In this document: positions 21,723 through 30,214 of the stretch, piece after piece
Numbering within the stretch: position 1 is the stretch's first letter
Layout of the letters: each line of letters starts with the position of its first letter
NCBI GenBank assembly: GCA_965249715.1
Contig: CBDFMP010000047.1
Coordinates: 128,362-192,361 of the forward strand
Direction of reading: 5' to 3'
Length of the DNA: 64,000 bases
From: Spirochaetota bacterium
Lineage (GTDB): Bacteria > Spirochaetota > UBA12135 > COTS27
Position numbers and translations under genes: made by a program
Notes under the pieces: generated by a model
The model's input: the letters and a program-made list of their open reading frames with translations, nothing else
Database searches by the model: none
Told to the model about the DNA's origin: nothing

Positions 21723-22745
21723 TTGTTCAGCTCTTGCATTGCAGGTATGTTTATGAATTTACTCGTGCCGCTCAGCGAGTTTGTCCAATACTTTAGAGCT
21801 TTTTTGCGTAGAGACTTCAACTGGGTCGTTTATTTGTACACGGCACTCTTCTTAACTGTAGCCATAATACTGAATTACCGTTATGCTGTTCTGATAACAC
21901 TCTTGAATAACCACAGCGGAAGCGGCTTGGGGTTTGTTTATGGTTGTCTATTTTTTGGCATAGCCTATTATGGAGTAGCCATTCCTAAACTGCTGTTTGC
22001 CGGGAGGTGGCGGCAGCTGTTGACATTTGCCTTTTATGTGCGAACAGGACTGCTTGTCTGTTTGGTCGCTTACGTTGTTTTTTCTAATACATACGATTGG
22101 CTGGTGGCACTGACTAACCAATTTTCGTTAGTGTACACAAAACGCGAGTTGTATTATGTTTTTTATAACCTTTCACATATAAAATTTTTTTTGTTTTGGA
22201 CTTTCGGCAGTTTGATTTTTTATGTGCTGACACCGGTGTATTGGAAAAAACCGCTGTTTTATGGACTAACGTTTCGCCGCTTCAATTTTCGCCTTTATCT
22301 TACATTGTTTGCGTTTATGCTGCCCCTGCTGTACATGGCTTCCTTGCAAGCTGCGTTTTTAAGCACATATCCGATCTTAAAACTCAAACAAAAAGAAGTT
22401 TTATTTAATCTCAGTGCGTTTCAACTATTGTTATTGTTTGAATTCATTTATTCCTTAGCTTTTGTGGGCACAGAGGTTGTTTTCCGCGGAGCCTTTGTAT
22501 TGGGCTTGCGCGATATGCTCGATGAACATGCCGTCCTTCCTATGGCTTCCATTTACTGTTTTATTCACTTTAATAAACCGCTTTTGGAAGCATTGAGCTC
22601 AATTTTCGGTGGATATGTCCTGGGAGTGTTGGTACTGGCTACATATAATGTTATCGGTGGAATTCTTATTCACGTTGGCATTGCCTGGGCGATGGATTTT
22701 CTTTCTTTATGGCGTAAAGGGTTCCAATTTGAGCTGGCAGGATAA
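21723..22745 (+). CDS. Polytopic membrane protein, CPBP (CAAX) intramembrane protease family-like
   Basis: 340 aa with about 8 TM helices. Possible CPBP motifs are GTEVVFRGAF (degenerate EExxxR), YCFIHF and LIHVGIAWAMD. The start codon is uncertain. Confidence 0.45.
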   Translation: MFSSCIAGMFMNLLVPLSEFVQYFRAFLRRDFNWVVYLYTALFLTVAIILNYRYAVLITLLNNHSGSGLGFVYGCLFFGIAYYGVAIPKLLFAGRWRQLLTFAFYVRTGLLVCLVAYVVFSNTYDWLVALTNQFSLVYTKRELYYVFYNLSHIKFFLFWTFGSLIFYVLTPVYWKKPLFYGLTFRRFNFRLYLTLFAFMLPLLYMASLQAAFLSTYPILKLKQKEVLFNLSAFQLLLLFEFIYSLAFVGTEVVFRGAFVLGLRDMLDEHAVLPMASIYCFIHFNKPLLEALSSIFGGYVLGVLVLATYNVIGGILIHVGIAWAMDFLSLWRKGFQFELAG

Positions 22746-22844
22746 ATTGCTTTTATCGCGCGATTATTAATTTTTTACCAGCTGGTTGCCAAAATAATGA
22801 TATAATTATCTATTAGATTTTATGTTTTTTAGCGGTAAAAGCTG

Positions 22845-23192
22845 ATGATTATAGCAGAAATAAAAGGTAAACAATATTCCCTCGAAGCGGGTAAGGCGGT
22901 TGAAGTTGACCACATTGCGGAGCCTGTTGGCAGTGCTGTGAGCGATATTAAAGTCCTTTATTACAATGACGGAGCAGGTGAGATACTTATCGGCAAGCCG
23001 TATTTAGAGAATATTAAAGTGGAAGCGGCTATTGCTGCAGTGACGCGCGGCAAGAAGTTGCGTTCAGTGCGTTATCGCCCGCGCGGCGGTATTCGCAAGG
23101 TGCATGGACATCGTCAGGATTACACATTGGTAAACGTCACGAAAATTGACAAGCTTCCATCAGCTGTTGCAGCAGCGGTGGTACAAGCGTAA
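22845..23192 (+). CDS. rplU: 50S ribosomal protein L21
   Basis: 115 aa. MIIAEIKGKQYSLEAGKAVEVD...RYRPRGGIRKVHGHRQDYT is L21-like, in the conserved rplU-prp-rpmA order. Confidence 0.85.
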   Translation: MIIAEIKGKQYSLEAGKAVEVDHIAEPVGSAVSDIKVLYYNDGAGEILIGKPYLENIKVEAAIAAVTRGKKLRSVRYRPRGGIRKVHGHRQDYTLVNVTKIDKLPSAVAAAVVQA

Positions 23193-23198
23193 GCAAAG

Positions 23199-23600
23199 AT
23201 GATTCATGCCGAGCTGGAATTATTGACCACTGAGCGTGTGCAGGGCTGTATCATTGCCATTGCATCAAAAGGACATGCTGAGACTCAGCTCGGCGATGAA
23301 ACTGCCCGCAGTGTCTGTGCCGCTGTTTCAGCATTGGAACAGCAGTTTTTTCACGCTTTACGCGAGCTGGCGCCACTGGGACAGACGCCTGAGTGTGAAA
23401 TGAAAGCGGGAGCTTTTGCATTTCGTGTACCCAAACAAGTGGAAGTGACGGCGCTTTCAGCTCACACTGTTACGGTTTGGCATACACTTTCGCAAGCTTT
23501 GTTGATTGGCTACAAGCTTATTGCGCTTAGTCATAACAAACATTTTAAGCTGAGCTGGAAACAACAGCAGTTTTTGTCGGCTTCAAACTCAGCCGCTTAG
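23199..23600 (+). CDS. Prp-like (DUF464/YsxB) ribosomal-processing cysteine protease homologue
   Basis: 133 aa between rplU and rpmA. The putative His/Cys dyad context is ASKGHAE...ARSVCAAVSAL. Confidence 0.6.
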   Translation: MIHAELELLTTERVQGCIIAIASKGHAETQLGDETARSVCAAVSALEQQFFHALRELAPLGQTPECEMKAGAFAFRVPKQVEVTALSAHTVTVWHTLSQALLIGYKLIALSHNKHFKLSWKQQQFLSASNSAA

Positions 23601-23660
23601 CTTGATCGTCCTAAATTCTTCATGTTTTAAGTTTTAATTTTTTCTTAACGAGAGGTAGCC

Positions 23661-23918
23661 ATGTCCAGTAAAAAGGGAAAAAGTTCCACAAATAACCTGC
23701 GCGATAGTAATCCTAAATATCTGGGGGTGAAACGTTTTGGCGGTGAGCATGTCACGGGTGGTGCAATCATTGTGCGTCAACGCGGCACACGCTTTTATCC
23801 CAAACACAACGTAGGCCTAGGGCGTGACCATACACTATTTGCACTGAAAGCAGGTACGGTGAGCTTTGAAAAAAGCCGCAATAAGTGCTGGGTAAGTGTC
23901 GAACCAAGCACCGCTTAA
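23661..23918 (+). CDS. rpmA: 50S ribosomal protein L27
   Basis: 85 aa. [31 protein letters not shown]...[13 protein letters not shown]-like sequence, with GAGAGG 6 nt upstream of the ATG. Confidence 0.9.
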   Translation: MSSKKGKSSTNNLRDSNPKYLGVKRFGGEHVTGGAIIVRQRGTRFYPKHNVGLGRDHTLFALKAGTVSFEKSRNKCWVSVEPSTA

Positions 23919-23939
23919 CAGGGGCTGAGCACTGAGTGG

Positions 23940-25478
23940 GTGCTTCATTTTATGAAAACTTATGCCGTTAAGGCGTATCTTTCTGCACAGGCACTTCCGC
24001 AAACAGCAGAGCTGGCTTACGCGCTGGCAGGGGTGGCGGCGGCACAGGCGCCGCTGGATGCAGCGGCAGTGGCGATGGTGCAAAATCGTATCATTGACAA
24101 TGCTGCAGTAGCGCTTGCAGCCATTAATGATCGTCCTGTTGCGGTTGCGCGCAGCATGGCACTGCGGCATCCTCCGCTAGCTACGCAGGGCGCGGCTATT
24201 ATGGGCGTGCCTGCGCATACCCTGGTTTCAGCCGAGTGGGCTGCTTGGGCTAACGGTACTGCTGTGCGGCAGTTGGATTATCACGATACATTTCTAGCGC
24301 ATGATTATTCGCATCCCGCCGATAACATCCCGCCGCTGCTTGCCGTGGCGCAAAATTTGCGGGAACGTGCCTGCACCGGCACTCAGCTCATTCGCGCAAT
24401 TCTCAGTGCTTATGAAATTCAGGTGGCACTGGTAAAAGGTATTTCACTTCATGCCCATGCTATTGATCACATTGCCCACTTAGGGGTCAGTGCGGCGGCG
24501 GGTTTGGGGACTTTGCTGCAGCTCCCGCAACCGCTTATTTATCAGGCACTTCAGCAGGCGCTGCATGTCACCATCACCACACGCCAGTCGCGCAAAGGAT
24601 TAATTTCATCATGGAAAGCTTACGCGCCCGCCCATGCAGGCAAGCTGGCGATTGAAGCTGTTGATCGTTGTGCACGCGGTGAAGGCGCTCCCAGTCCCAT
24701 TTATGAAGGCGAGGATAGTGTGATCGCCAAAATCCTCGGCGGCATGGACGCCACCTACACCATAATGCTGCCTGCAGCCGATGAGCCGCTTAAAGGCATT
24801 CTTGAAACGTACACAAAGGCGCATTCGGCAGAATATCAATCGCAAGCCATTATTGATCTGGCATTTGAAATTCGTACTGCCGGTATTGATTTAACGGCTA
24901 TTAAAGAGCTTGTTATTCATACTTCCCACCATACGCATAAGGTTATTGGCACGGGCTCGGGCGATCCTCAGAAATTTGACCCCAAAGCCTCACGTGAAAC
25001 CTTGGATCATTCGCTCATGTATATTTTTGCGGTAGCATTGGAGGACGGCAGCTGGCATCACGTTGATTCCTATACTCCCGAACGCGCAGCGCGTTCCAGT
25101 ACACTTGCCTTATGGCGAAAGATCAGTACACGCGAGGATGCACACTGGACAAAACTTTATCATGCCACCGACTCCGCTAAAAAAGCTTTTGGCGCGCGCG
25201 TGGAACTGAAATTTACTGATGGCAACACACGGTTTTTCGCGAAAACAGTAGCAGACGCCCATCCAAATGGCAAAGCTCCGTTTACACGTGACGATTATAT
25301 TCGTAAGTTTAAAATGCTCAGTGCTGAGCTGATCACAGCAGCGGAGCAAGAGCGTTTTATCGAAACGGTCTTGCGGCTGGAGCAACTGAGTGGAACGGAG
25401 TTATTGGAACTGAATGTGCCCATTCCAGCAGCCAAGCTGCGTTCAGCGCCGCCCGTCAAACAGAGTATTTTTGGCTGA
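23940..25478 (+). CDS. prpD: 2-methylcitrate dehydratase (MmgE/PrpD family)
   Basis: 512 aa with PrpD-like length and layout, e.g. YDYHDTFLAHDYSHPADNI-type segment (LDYHDTFLAHDYSHPADNIP), directly upstream of prpB and prpC. The true start may be the ATG at 23952. Confidence 0.8.
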   Translation: MLHFMKTYAVKAYLSAQALPQTAELAYALAGVAAAQAPLDAAAVAMVQNRIIDNAAVALAAINDRPVAVARSMALRHPPLATQGAAIMGVPAHTLVSAEWAAWANGTAVRQLDYHDTFLAHDYSHPADNIPPLLAVAQNLRERACTGTQLIRAILSAYEIQVALVKGISLHAHAIDHIAHLGVSAAAGLGTLLQLPQPLIYQALQQALHVTITTRQSRKGLISSWKAYAPAHAGKLAIEAVDRCARGEGAPSPIYEGEDSVIAKILGGMDATYTIMLPAADEPLKGILETYTKAHSAEYQSQAIIDLAFEIRTAGIDLTAIKELVIHTSHHTHKVIGTGSGDPQKFDPKASRETLDHSLMYIFAVALEDGSWHHVDSYTPERAARSSTLALWRKISTREDAHWTKLYHATDSAKKAFGARVELKFTDGNTRFFAKTVADAHPNGKAPFTRDDYIRKFKMLSAELITAAEQERFIETVLRLEQLSGTELLELNVPIPAAKLRSAPPVKQSIFG

Positions 25479-25524
25479 GCGGACAGGGTGAGCTGCCCAG
25501 AGTGTTAATGCAGAGGAACAGGTT

Positions 25525-26469
25525 ATGTTATTCAATCCTATTGAACCTGCTGCCAAACGGTTAGCACTCAGAAAACAACTAACCGATAAAAAACTACTGC
25601 GTTTTCCCGGTGCTTATGCGCCGCTTATTGCTATGGCTATTGAGCGCATTGGCTTTGAGGGCGTTTATATTTCTGGCGCGGTGATGGCCAATGACTTGGG
25701 GTACCCGGACATTGGGCTTGTGGGTTTGGAGCAGCTGGCGCTGCGCAGCGCGCAGATTGCACGCGTGACGCGGCTGCCGGTTTTGGCGGATATTGATACC
25801 GGTTTTGGCGAAAGTATGAATGTTGCGCGTACGGTGCAGCTGATGGAAGAAGCAGGTGTAGCGGGTGTGCATTTGGAAGATCAGACACATCCCAAACGCT
25901 GCGGGCATTTGGATAATAAGGAATTGGTCAGTATTGAAACAATGCAGCGTAAAATTGCCGCGGGGTTGCGTGCCAAACGCGATCAGAATTTTCTTTTGAT
26001 GATCCGCAGCGATGCACGTAATGTGGAAGGCTTGGACGGAATGCTGAAACGTGTGAAAGCTTATACAGCTGCCGGTGCCGATGCCATCTTTGCAGAAGCA
26101 CTGCAGAATGTGGATGAATTTGCCGCGGTGCGCGCTGCTACTGAGCTGCCACTACTTGCCAATATGACCGAATTTGGCAAGAGTCCGCTTCTGCAGGTCG
26201 CTGAACTGGAACGCTTGGGCTACAATATGGTAATCTACCCTGTGACCACACAACGGCTGGCGGTAAAGAGCGTTGAACAAGGATTGCAAACACTTTTTAC
26301 ACAAGGCTCGCAAAAAAATATTCTGGAGCTCATGCAGACACGGAAAGAACTTTATGAGTTGGTGCGTTATCAGGATTACGATGTGTTTGATAAGAGTATT
26401 TATAACATTGGCATTGACACCTTGGAGCGTAAACGTCAGACGGATGTAGCCGCTTCTGAAAAAATATGA
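25525..26469 (+). CDS. prpB: Methylisocitrate lyase
   Basis: 314 aa. It has the ICL/PEP-mutase family motif GVHLEDQTHPKRCGHLDNKELV and DTGFG. Confidence 0.88.
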   Translation: MLFNPIEPAAKRLALRKQLTDKKLLRFPGAYAPLIAMAIERIGFEGVYISGAVMANDLGYPDIGLVGLEQLALRSAQIARVTRLPVLADIDTGFGESMNVARTVQLMEEAGVAGVHLEDQTHPKRCGHLDNKELVSIETMQRKIAAGLRAKRDQNFLLMIRSDARNVEGLDGMLKRVKAYTAAGADAIFAEALQNVDEFAAVRAATELPLLANMTEFGKSPLLQVAELERLGYNMVIYPVTTQRLAVKSVEQGLQTLFTQGSQKNILELMQTRKELYELVRYQDYDVFDKSIYNIGIDTLERKRQTDVAASEKI

Positions 26470-26493
26470 TGATATGAGGCAAGGCAGTAGGGC

Positions 26494-27636
26494 ATGACAG
26501 CAGAACTTGATATAAAAAAAGGTCTTCAGGGGGTAATAGCCGATACCAGCGCGGTATCACAAGTGATCCCTGAAACCAGTACCTTAACCTATCGCGGTTA
26601 CACAGTAGGCAATTTATGCGAGCAGACTTCATTTGAGGAAGTGTGTTATCTTTTGTTGTACAATGAATTGCCGACAGCGTCCCAGCTTAAGCTTTTTATG
26701 GAAAAGGAACGTGCGGCACGTGAGCTGCCGCACGGGCTGATGAACATGCTGGAGCAATTGCCGCGCACCTGTCATCCGATGGATAGCGTACGCAGTTTTG
26801 TAAGTTTATATGCGCTTTACGATGAAACGCTGAGCGCAGACATGCACGCCTTCACTGAGGACATGGTCATCCGCCTCTTAGGCGCAACACCTGTTTTTGT
26901 AGCGTGGGATTTGGCGCGTCGTAGTGGCCGGCAGTTCACCGCAGCCAATGCAGAACTTTCATTCAGCGCTAATTTTTTTAACATGGCTTTTGGTAGTTTA
27001 CCGGCAGCAGAAGTGGTGCGCGCGTTTGATGTTTCTCTCATTCTTTATGCTGAACACAGTTTCAATGCTTCCACCTTTACCAGTCGTGTGATCACCAGTA
27101 CGCAATCCGATTATTACAGTGCGATAACAGGTGCCATTGCTGCCTTGAAGGGACCCTTGCATGGTGGTGCCAATGAGGCAGTGATGAAAATGTTTCAGAC
27201 AATTTTACAGACCGTGGGGCTTGGTGGCGCTGAACAATGGATTCGTGACGCGTTGGCGTGTAAAACCCGGATTATGGGGTTTGGTCATCGCGTGTACCGC
27301 ACGGGAGATTCGCGTGTGCCTACGATGGAGCAGCATTTTTTTAACGTTGCACAGGTGAAGCAGGATACTGAGCTGGTTAAACTTTATAAGACAGTTGCAG
27401 ACGTGGTTGTGGCGGAGAAGGGCATTCATCCTAATTTAGATTATCCCTCAGCGCCTGCGTATTACCTGATGGGTTTTATGATCGATTTTTTCACACCTAT
27501 TTTTGTGATGAGCCGCATTGCCGGTTGGTCAGCGCATATTATAGAACAGCGTGCCGCCAATCGCCTGATCCGCCCCATTTGCGCCTACACGGGTCCTGCG
27601 CGCAGAGCGGTTGTTCCCATAGCTAAGCGTTCCTGA
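26494..27636 (+). CDS. prpC: 2-methylcitrate synthase / citrate synthase family
   Basis: 380 aa with citrate-synthase signatures LHGGANEAV and GFGHRVYRTGDSR. Operon context is with prpD and prpB. Confidence 0.85.
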   Translation: MTAELDIKKGLQGVIADTSAVSQVIPETSTLTYRGYTVGNLCEQTSFEEVCYLLLYNELPTASQLKLFMEKERAARELPHGLMNMLEQLPRTCHPMDSVRSFVSLYALYDETLSADMHAFTEDMVIRLLGATPVFVAWDLARRSGRQFTAANAELSFSANFFNMAFGSLPAAEVVRAFDVSLILYAEHSFNASTFTSRVITSTQSDYYSAITGAIAALKGPLHGGANEAVMKMFQTILQTVGLGGAEQWIRDALACKTRIMGFGHRVYRTGDSRVPTMEQHFFNVAQVKQDTELVKLYKTVADVVVAEKGIHPNLDYPSAPAYYLMGFMIDFFTPIFVMSRIAGWSAHIIEQRAANRLIRPICAYTGPARRAVVPIAKRS

Positions 27637-27766
27637 CGATGGCTGCGAACAACGCCCGCGGCACTCAGGCTGATTGTTTCAATTTTTTTAACGAAGCTTG
27701 CATGAAGGTGCCTCATGGTAAGCTCACATAAGCCGTTTTTGCTTGTGGGGATGGTAGAATTAATGT

Positions 27767-28684
27767 ATGGCGGAATGGACTAAGCGAGTATTGTATCAGA
27801 TAAAAAAATACCGTTGGTGGATTTGTTATGGGGGTATTTATATTTTTGCGATTTTTCTTATAAGTCTAGGGGTACATTGGATAGCTTTAAGATTTTCTGA
27901 AGAACAAAGAGCTACAATTTATTTTTTTGCTAATATACTTTTACCGATAATCGCTTCTTTAGTCACAATTGTTTTTACTGCACGCAGAGAATATAATTTA
28001 AAAAAATCTCATGATGAAGAGATTAAGGGGCGGAAAAAAAAACTTGAGGAAGAGACTGAGGCTTGGGAAAAGACACTTGAAGAACTTAGTATTAGTACTG
28101 TGAACTCATATCTTAGGAAGATTGTAGGAAACTTACCCCCACAAGGGGAACAAGGTAATGAATTTGGAGCTAATGAAAGAATCTGTATCTATAAGTATGT
28201 CCCTAAAAAGAGTCCTGAAAAAGATATTTTTAAGTGTGTGGGGCGTCATTCGGGTAATGGAGCTTTTCTTAAACTTGTTGATAGAGATTATTCTCGCAGC
28301 CAAGGATTTATCTCAAACATATATGATCGAAAGAATAGGGATTGGGAAGAAGATAAAGCTTTTCCACATATTTCAGATGAAAGCAGGAGTCGCATAAGAC
28401 AATGGCAAGACGGAGAGGCGGATAACAGGACAGAAGATGACATTGTTGCGCTTGACAGCTATCAGGAATATATTAAAGAAAAATATCGCATTCCGCAGGA
28501 TGTTTATAAAAGCTTTCGTATGAATGCTGAGCATATGATTGCTAAGCAATTATGGGATTCTGACAAGAAAATACTTGTTGGTGTGATTGTATTTGAAAGT
28601 TGCCACAAAAATTTTCTTTCATTAGAAAGTATACAAAATGCTTGTACGGAAAATGATATACAATATATAATTAATTTGATGTAA
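27767..28684 (+). CDS. Two-TM membrane protein with unrecognised ~190-aa soluble C-terminal domain (candidate toxin/effector partner of the Panacea protein)
   Basis: 305 aa. TM1 is WWICYGGIYIFAIFLISLGVHWI and TM2 is IYFFANILLPIIASLVTIVF. A charged coiled-coil linker (KKSHDEEIKGRKKKLEEETEAWEKTLEEL) follows, then a C-terminal domain ending KILVGVIVFES...IQYIINL. The gene is markedly AT-rich and contains an A9 run at 28034-28042. Confidence 0.6.
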   Translation: MAEWTKRVLYQIKKYRWWICYGGIYIFAIFLISLGVHWIALRFSEEQRATIYFFANILLPIIASLVTIVFTARREYNLKKSHDEEIKGRKKKLEEETEAWEKTLEELSISTVNSYLRKIVGNLPPQGEQGNEFGANERICIYKYVPKKSPEKDIFKCVGRHSGNGAFLKLVDRDYSRSQGFISNIYDRKNRDWEEDKAFPHISDESRSRIRQWQDGEADNRTEDDIVALDSYQEYIKEKYRIPQDVYKSFRMNAEHMIAKQLWDSDKKILVGVIVFESCHKNFLSLESIQNACTENDIQYIINLM

Positions 28685-28722
28685 GCGATTACTCAGTTTG
28701 TATCAGTTAATAGCTGAAGGTA

Positions 28723-29271
28723 ATGATAACAATGGTAACAGTTACAAAAAGCCCAACGATTCTTATAGATGTTATAGCCTATATTTGTGAAAAGTATCCC
28801 TATGCGGAGGATCTTTCCAAAGCAAAGCTAACAAAAATAATTTACTTGGCAGATTGGAAGTCAGCTAAGGATAGAGGCAGGCAGATTACGGATATAAAAT
28901 GGCACTATAATCATTATGGGCCTTATGTGGATGAGGTGGTGGATGTGATCACTGAGCACCAGGAGCTCTTTAAGCTTGGCCGCGGTACGAATGTTTATGG
29001 CGGTGTGCGTGAGCTTGTGGGACTAAAAAAAGCGGCGAATTACGATCGCAAATATAAACAATTAAAATCGCAAGAAGACAAGGATGATTTGTGTGAAGTT
29101 ATTACTAAGAGTGTAAATTTACATTGGATTAAATTTATTAAGTTAGTCTATTCATCGTACCCAATTAGAGTTTCTGAGCGTTATGCCCATCTTGACTTGC
29201 CAGCTTTAGCTCAAAAATATAAAGAGCTTAAAAGTAAGCCGCATTTTGAGCTTATTGCTGATAACATTTAA
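28723..29271 (+). CDS. Panacea (DUF4065 / SocA-like) domain protein, candidate antitoxin
   Basis: 182 aa, starting 38 nt after the upstream ORF. LSKAKLTKIIYLADWKSA...IKWHYNHYGPYVDEVVDVI matches the Panacea core (KLxKLLYxAxxW ... W..GPV). The C-terminal LSQEDKDDLCEVITKSVNL...LVYSSYPI resembles the second conserved block. Confidence 0.7.
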   Translation: MITMVTVTKSPTILIDVIAYICEKYPYAEDLSKAKLTKIIYLADWKSAKDRGRQITDIKWHYNHYGPYVDEVVDVITEHQELFKLGRGTNVYGGVRELVGLKKAANYDRKYKQLKSQEDKDDLCEVITKSVNLHWIKFIKLVYSSYPIRVSERYAHLDLPALAQKYKELKSKPHFELIADNI

Positions 29272-29332
29272 CCGCTCAGCTGTAATGTTATAGGGTTGTT
29301 CGCTTGTATGAAGCTCAAGTTCACTAAGCACT

Positions 29333-29374
29333 GCGTGGAGCGAAGCTTGTTATGAAACAAAGCCCACTCCACGC
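29333..29374. terminator. Inverted repeat between convergent genes (possible bidirectional terminator)
   Basis: gcgtggag (29333-29340) and ctccacgc (29367-29374) form a perfect 8-bp stem with a 26-nt loop. There is no clear U-tract. Confidence 0.2.
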
Positions 29375-29419
29375 CGCTTAGCCGCACTCAATCAGAGTTA
29401 TTGTTCAGTGCCCAAACAC

Positions 29420-29545
29420 TTAGCGAAACATCCGTGAAATTTGATGCGCTAGTTGTTTGATGGCATACTCAACATAATCATCCTGCTCGATGCGTTTTTT
29501 TAGCTTGGCGATCCTTTTGGGATCGATCTTGACAGCTATTTTCAT
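29420..29545 (-). CDS. Unlisted 41-aa ORF, possible ribbon-helix-helix-like small protein
   Basis: My own translation of the minus strand gives MKIAVKIDPKRIAKLKKRIEQDDYVEYAIKQLAHQISRMFR-stop. AAGGA lies about 10 nt upstream. The pattern is a beta-strand followed by two amphipathic helices. It is below the 60-aa track threshold. Confidence 0.3.
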   Translation of the reverse strand: MKIAVKIDPKRIAKLKKRIEQDDYVEYAIKQLAHQISRMFR

Positions 29546-29679
29546 GGTTCACGTCCTTATGGTTGTCACAACGTCCTTGTTGATGGAGACTAAGAGAAAA
29601 ACGAATGTTTGCGCAATATTTCACCCCGCGCACTAAGGCTTCATTATAGAACTTCATGAGCTTGTCAGTTATGGGCTGC

Positions 29680-30153
29680 TTAAAGGTAAACGGGTTCATT
29701 GTGAGTGAAGATCTGCTTGAAATGTTTCAGGGCAATTTGTGGCTGCTGTGCTGCAGCACAGCGCTCAGCAATGGGCGTAAAGAGTATTAAATCATAACGG
29801 ATAAAATAAGCTTGCAGCTCTGGATGTTCGCTTAAATATTGTTCAGTAGCCTGCATCATGCGTTTCTGTTGCGATGCCATAAAAAGCGTACTGGGTGCCT
29901 GCTCAGGACCAAGTCGCCGATATTTGACTTCAATAAATATTAGTAATTGGTAGGGGGCAACAGCAATTAGATCAATTTCTTTATGGCGTGCATAGTAATT
30001 TCTCGCAATGACCAAGTACCCATGGAGGTGAAGATATTCATTGGCAAGTTGTTCATAATGGCGGCCAAGCGATTTTCTTTTGTTTGGCGTTGTCGTGGAA
30101 GGGGCTACGCTGTTGTGCCTTGCAGGATCGCTGAAGTTTGCGGCAGCGGACAT
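29680..30153 (-). CDS. yraN: YraN family (UPF0102) endonuclease-like protein
   Basis: YEQLANEYLHLHGYLVIARNYYARHKEIDLIAVAP...LIFIEVKYRR matches the YraN core (GEIDLIA...FVEVKxR). The track ORF extends to 30282, but the ATG at 30153 has AAGG upstream and avoids overlap with the upstream gene. Confidence 0.7.
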   Translation of the reverse strand: MSAAANFSDPARHNSVAPSTTTPNKRKSLGRHYEQLANEYLHLHGYLVIARNYYARHKEIDLIAVAPYQLLIFIEVKYRRLGPEQAPSTLFMASQQKRMMQATEQYLSEHPELQAYFIRYDLILFTPIAERCAAAQQPQIALKHFKQIFTHNEPVYL

Positions 30154-30214
30154 GAAAAAACCTTGGACAGCGATTACGATGAATGCCACTTGCATGGACA
30201 GGTGGGGATAACTT

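Noticed and set aside
27655-27690. Possible att-like direct repeats flanking the AT-rich cassette (gcactcag...attgtttca near 27665 versus gcactcaat...attgttcag near 29385).
   Set aside because: The similarity is limited to two short words with different spacing, and no integrase is present. It is indistinguishable from chance.
29478-29699. A 73-aa minus-strand ORF overlapping the yraN stop.
   Set aside because: Its second half (QQGRCDNHKDVNHENSCQDRSQKDRQAKKTHRAG) looks like an out-of-frame reading and overlaps the better-supported 41-codon ORF. This is kept only as an alternative.
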